64,000 nucleotides of DNA from assembly GCF_964252635.1 (NCBI RefSeq), contig NZ_CAXUNP010000009.1, positions 40,548 to 104,547 of the forward strand, given 5' to 3'. Below the pieces are notes generated by a model, which did not search any database, was not told where the DNA came from, and saw only the letters and a list, made by a program, of their open reading frames with translations. This document shows positions 60,925 through 64,000 of this stretch, in pieces. The translations under genes were made by a program, and so were the position numbers. Source of the DNA: an uncultured Jatrophihabitans sp. (GTDB taxonomy: Bacteria > Actinomycetota > Actinomycetes > Mycobacteriales > Jatrophihabitantaceae). Each line of letters opens with the position of its first letter. Position 1 is the stretch's first letter.

Positions 60925-62096
60925 CAGGACGTGTCGAGGCCCAGCGCGGCCAGCACCGAGCGAGCATCGTCGGACGTCCCGGCTCGGACCCGGGTCTGAT
61001 CGCCCCCCGCCGTGTGCCGGGACCAGATCCCGGCACACAGCGCTCTGATCGCGTCGAGCTGGTCCTCGTCGTACACGGGTTCCGTCGCCCCGTCCTGCGA
61101 GCGGGTCCCGGTCTGCAGCCCTGCGCCGTTCTCCACCGTGCGGTGCTCCCCGGTGGTCTCCAGTACGACCTCGGTCTTGTCGGAGGCTCCCCGGCCCGGC
61201 TCGCCCGTGGTCGAGATCGTCGCCCGCCATCGGCCGCATGACGCCCCTGTGGTCTCGACCTCGACTGGAGGGTGCACCACGAGAACATCCCTCAGGTCCG
61301 ACCCGACGTACGTCGGTCGATGCTGCGGGACGGCCCGCAGCAGCTCGGGGACGGTGGTCACACCCGAGAACACGATCATGCTGTCGCAGCCCACCGCATT
61401 GGCGCCCTCGATGTCGGTGTCGAGGCGGTCGCCGACCACGAGCGGGCTCGCGGCTCCGGTGCGCAGCAGCGTCTCGCGGTGCATCGTCGGGTCCGGCTTG
61501 CCGGTGACGACAGGGTCCGCACCCGTGGCGTGCTGCAGGGCCTTGACCAGCGACCCGTTGCCCGGCAAGGGGCCGCGCGGGGACGGCACGGTCGGATCGA
61601 TGTTCGTGGCCACCCACGGCGCGCGGCGATTGATCGCCACCGCGCCCTCGCTGAGCAGCGCCCAGTCCATCGTGGGCGAGAAGCCCTGTACGACGGCATC
61701 GACCCGGCCGTCGGCGTCGTGCACCGGGGTCAGACCTCGTTCCCGCAACGCCTCGATCAGACCATCCGTGCCCAGCACGAGGACCCTCGCGCCGGACGGC
61801 AGGCGGTCGGACAGATACCGTGCCGCGGCCTGGGCCGAGGTGATGACCTCCGTCGCCTCGGCCGAGATACCGAGCTCGGTCAGGTGCGCCGCGACTGCTT
61901 GCGGAGGCCGGGCGGCGTTGTTCGTCACGAAGGCGAGACGCATCCCCTCCTCGCGGGCTCGACGCAGAGCCTGAGGCGCCCCCGGCACGGCATCCGGCCC
62001 CACGTAGACCACGCCGTCGAGATCGAGCAGCGCCACGTCGTAACGCGTCGACAGCGGACCATCGGAACCGCGCAGCGTGGAGCTCACGGGTCGCAT
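60924..62096 (-). CDS. HAD-IIA family hydrolase (NagD/Rv1692-like phosphatase) with C-terminal extension
   Basis: DLDGVVY, VTNN, and GDRLDTDI motifs. About 120 extra C-terminal residues. Confidence 0.85.
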   Translation of the reverse strand: MRPVSSTLRGSDGPLSTRYDVALLDLDGVVYVGPDAVPGAPQALRRAREEGMRLAFVTNNAARPPQAVAAHLTELGISAEATEVITSAQAAARYLSDRLPSGARVLVLGTDGLIEALRERGLTPVHDADGRVDAVVQGFSPTMDWALLSEGAVAINRRAPWVATNIDPTVPSPRGPLPGNGSLVKALQHATGADPVVTGKPDPTMHRETLLRTGAASPLVVGDRLDTDIEGANAVGCDSMIVFSGVTTVPELLRAVPQHRPTYVGSDLRDVLVVHPPVEVETTGASCGRWRATISTTGEPGRGASDKTEVVLETTGEHRTVENGAGLQTGTRSQDGATEPVYDEDQLDAIRALCAGIWSRHTAGGDQTRVRAGTSDDARSVLAALGLDTS

Positions 62097-62133
62097 GATC
62101 GCACGGGCCCGTCACTGCGTACGATCGCCAGAC

Positions 62134-63423
62134 ATGCAGGCAGACGGCACCGCCGACGTCGACGTTCCCGGGCTGTCCCTCGAGCCCTTCCGAGCCATCC
62201 GACCGCAGGGCTCTTCGGAACGCATCGCTGCCCTGCTCTGCCCGCCGTACGACGTCATCGATGCGGCGCAGAGGGCCGAGTTGCTGCGCCGCGACCCGGA
62301 CAACGCGGTGGGCGTGATCCTGCCCGAGCCGACGCCTGCGGGATACCGCCAGGCCGCGGACGAGCTGACGCGCTTGGTGCACGACGGCGTCTACCGCGTG
62401 GACGAGGCGCACGCGCTGTACGTCTATGAGATGGCCGACGACGACGGGCAGGTGACGCGTGGCCTGGTGGGCGCGGTGGAGCTGCGCGACCCGGGCGACG
62501 GCGTGATCCTTCCCCACGAGAACACCATGGCCGGGCCGGTCGCCGACCGTCTCGCGGTCATGACGGCGACGGACAGCGACCTCGAGCCCATCTATCTCGT
62601 GTACGACGGCGGCGGCGAGGCGTCCGCAGTCGTCCGGGACGTCGAATCCGACACCCCGCTCGTGCAGGCGCGCACGCCGGACGGCCTGACCCACCGGCTG
62701 TGGGCCGTGACCGACCCCGAGGCCCACGCCGTCGTCCGGGCCGACCTGGCAACCCGTCGTGCGCTCATCGCGGACGGGCATCACCGGTACGCGACGTACC
62801 GCGAACGTGAGCGTCAGCGACAAGAGGCGGACGGACCAGGCCCGTGGGACCGCGGCATGGCGCTGCTGGTCGACTCGACCGACTACGGGCCACAGGTACA
62901 CGCCATTCATCGCGTGATCCCGGGCCTGACCCTGGCCGACGCGATGGCACGGATCGAGGGCGTGGGCGCCGTCCAGACGGTCGGCGACGTGGCGACGGGA
63001 CTCGACCGCGCCGAACGGACTGCCGGTTTCGCGCTCGTGCTGACCGACGGCGACCAGGTCGCATTGGTCACCGACCCGGACGCCACCCTGCGCAGCGCCG
63101 CTCGGCGGGGGGGCGACGTCCCGGCCCTGACCGAGCTCGACGTCACCGTGTTGCACCGTGGCCTGGTCGAACGGGTGTGGGGGCTGGTCGACGACGTGGA
63201 CACGGTCCGATACGCACACTCGGTGGGCGAGGCCGTCCGCGATGCCCGCGCCGCGGGTGGCACAGCCGTGCTGCTGCGGCCGACCCCGGTGCAAGCCGTG
63301 ACCGCAGTGGCGGCTGCCGGCGCCCGGATGCCACGCAAGTCCACGCTATTCACCCCGAAGCCGGCATCGGGACTGCTCATCCGGCGTCTCGCCGACCAGG
63401 GCGGAGGACCCGCACCGTCGTGA
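62134..63423 (+). CDS. DUF1015 domain protein
   Basis: LEPFRAIRP, CPPYDVI, ILPHENT, ADGHHRY are DUF1015 hallmarks. ATG 62134. Confidence 0.8.
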   Translation: MQADGTADVDVPGLSLEPFRAIRPQGSSERIAALLCPPYDVIDAAQRAELLRRDPDNAVGVILPEPTPAGYRQAADELTRLVHDGVYRVDEAHALYVYEMADDDGQVTRGLVGAVELRDPGDGVILPHENTMAGPVADRLAVMTATDSDLEPIYLVYDGGGEASAVVRDVESDTPLVQARTPDGLTHRLWAVTDPEAHAVVRADLATRRALIADGHHRYATYRERERQRQEADGPGPWDRGMALLVDSTDYGPQVHAIHRVIPGLTLADAMARIEGVGAVQTVGDVATGLDRAERTAGFALVLTDGDQVALVTDPDATLRSAARRGGDVPALTELDVTVLHRGLVERVWGLVDDVDTVRYAHSVGEAVRDARAAGGTAVLLRPTPVQAVTAVAAAGARMPRKSTLFTPKPASGLLIRRLADQGGGPAPS

Positions 63424-63727
63424 CGTCGACCGCGTAGCGACTGGTCGGCCCGGCGGGACTGCGCCAGAACCGACGTTGCAGGCTCCCCCGGATCTCGAGA
63501 CGGTCGCCGGGCGCGGCGGCCACCACGGAACGGTGGACCCGGACCCGGGTACTGACGCAGTCGATGCTGTCGACCTTGACCCGGCCTCCGGGCCGGCGGT
63601 CGACGGTCAGGCGGAACGTGGCCAGCAGATCACCGCTCGGCAGTTCGCGCAGGACGGGCTCGTCGGCCAGGCGGCCGCGGAGGAACACGCAGTTGTCCGC
63701 CTCGGGCGGAGCGTCCGTGGAAGTCAT
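63377..63727 (-). CDS. Single-stranded DNA-binding (OB-fold) protein paralog lacking an acidic tail
   Basis: NCVFLRGRLADEPVLRELPSGDLLATFRLTV...LEIRGSLQRRFW is an SSB-like OB-fold pattern. It ends ...RPGRRDAG (no D-D-[IP]-P-F tail). Its 3' end overlaps the DUF1015 3' end by 47 nt. Confidence 0.65.
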   Translation of the reverse strand: MTSTDAPPEADNCVFLRGRLADEPVLRELPSGDLLATFRLTVDRRPGGRVKVDSIDCVSTRVRVHRSVVAAAPGDRLEIRGSLQRRFWRSPAGPTSRYAVDVTTVRVLRPGRRDAG

Positions 63728-63845
63728 GGGTCCAGCTTGCTGCGGCACGGCGACGGCCGGGGCAAACCGGGTGACGTTGTGGACGGTAGGAGTTGCTGTG
63801 GACGCGCACCAGCGGAACGGTCGGTGGGCCGTGCTATCGCGAGCC

Positions 63846-64000
63846 TCAGAGCAGGGCTGCGGCCCGATCTGCGGCGTCGAGCTCGCCGTCCGGGTCGAGC
63901 GCTGCGCTGGCGGCGAACCAGGATGCCGCTTCCTCGGTGCGACCCGCGGCTTCCAGCGCGTCCGCGTAGGCGTACCAGAGACGCACCGACCCCGGACGCG
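63846..64000 (-). CDS. C-terminal fragment of a TPR-like protein (continues right of the window)
   Basis: My own translation of the minus strand: ...WYAYADALEAAGRTEEAASWFAASAALDPDGELDAADRAAALL-stop (TGA at 63848-63846). Not in the ORF track. Confidence 0.3.
   Translation of the reverse strand, partial: RPGSVRLWYAYADALEAAGRTEEAASWFAASAALDPDGELDAADRAAALL

Noticed and set aside
60304-63294. 996-aa ORF on the minus strand
   Set aside because: It overlaps three well-supported genes (SCP2, HAD, DUF1015) in wrong frames or antisense. The sequence is low-complexity and Arg/Gly/Pro-rich.

Overview
Very GC-rich actinobacterial chromosomal DNA (about 70% G+C by eye, not computed), densely packed with housekeeping genes, mostly on the minus strand. 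All product calls come from motifs I recognise in the supplied translations; no similarity search was run. Many long ORFs in the track are antisense or out-of-frame artefacts of the high GC and are not reported as genes.

Gene order matches three blocks I recall from Mycobacterium tuberculosis H37Rv:
- Block 1: rbpA, lnt-ppm1, 5'-3' exonuclease, helY-tatC-pafCBA and prcAB-pup (Rv2050/51 and Rv2090-2111 regions).
- Block 2: glycine riboswitch-gcvP, merR, DUF151, merR, FHA (GarA-like), gcvH, DUF881-sbp-DUF881, pgsA (Rv1832-1822).
- Block 3: der, plsC, cmk, aroH, rluB, scpBA, parA, xerD, nudix, pyrG, mctB-like, steA, recN, nadK, tlyA, HAD (Rv1713-1692).

Variable material sits inside or between these blocks:
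- An alkB-rubredoxin-tetR cassette.
- An ECF sigma/anti-sigma pair divergent from a Tat-exported Rieske lipoprotein.
- An endonuclease VII-type gene wedged between pup and prcB.
- A MoxR/VWA pair where dop would be expected.
- A 3.0-kb integrase-less island flanked by a perfect 46-bp duplication of the 3' half of tRNA-Pro(GGG). This is the clearest accessory region. It carries an ImmA/IrrE-like protease, an excisionase-like HTH, an RHH protein and a two-gene cargo of unknown function.

Other points of interest:
- A membrane-anchored protein with a FUS-like SYGQQ low-complexity domain.
- An apparently frameshifted amidohydrolase.
- A beta-clamp-type QLSLF tail on a FEN-like exonuclease.
- Twin leaderless-type ECF promoter motifs.
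- Several short tandem repeats.

No rRNA, CRISPR array or transposase was seen.
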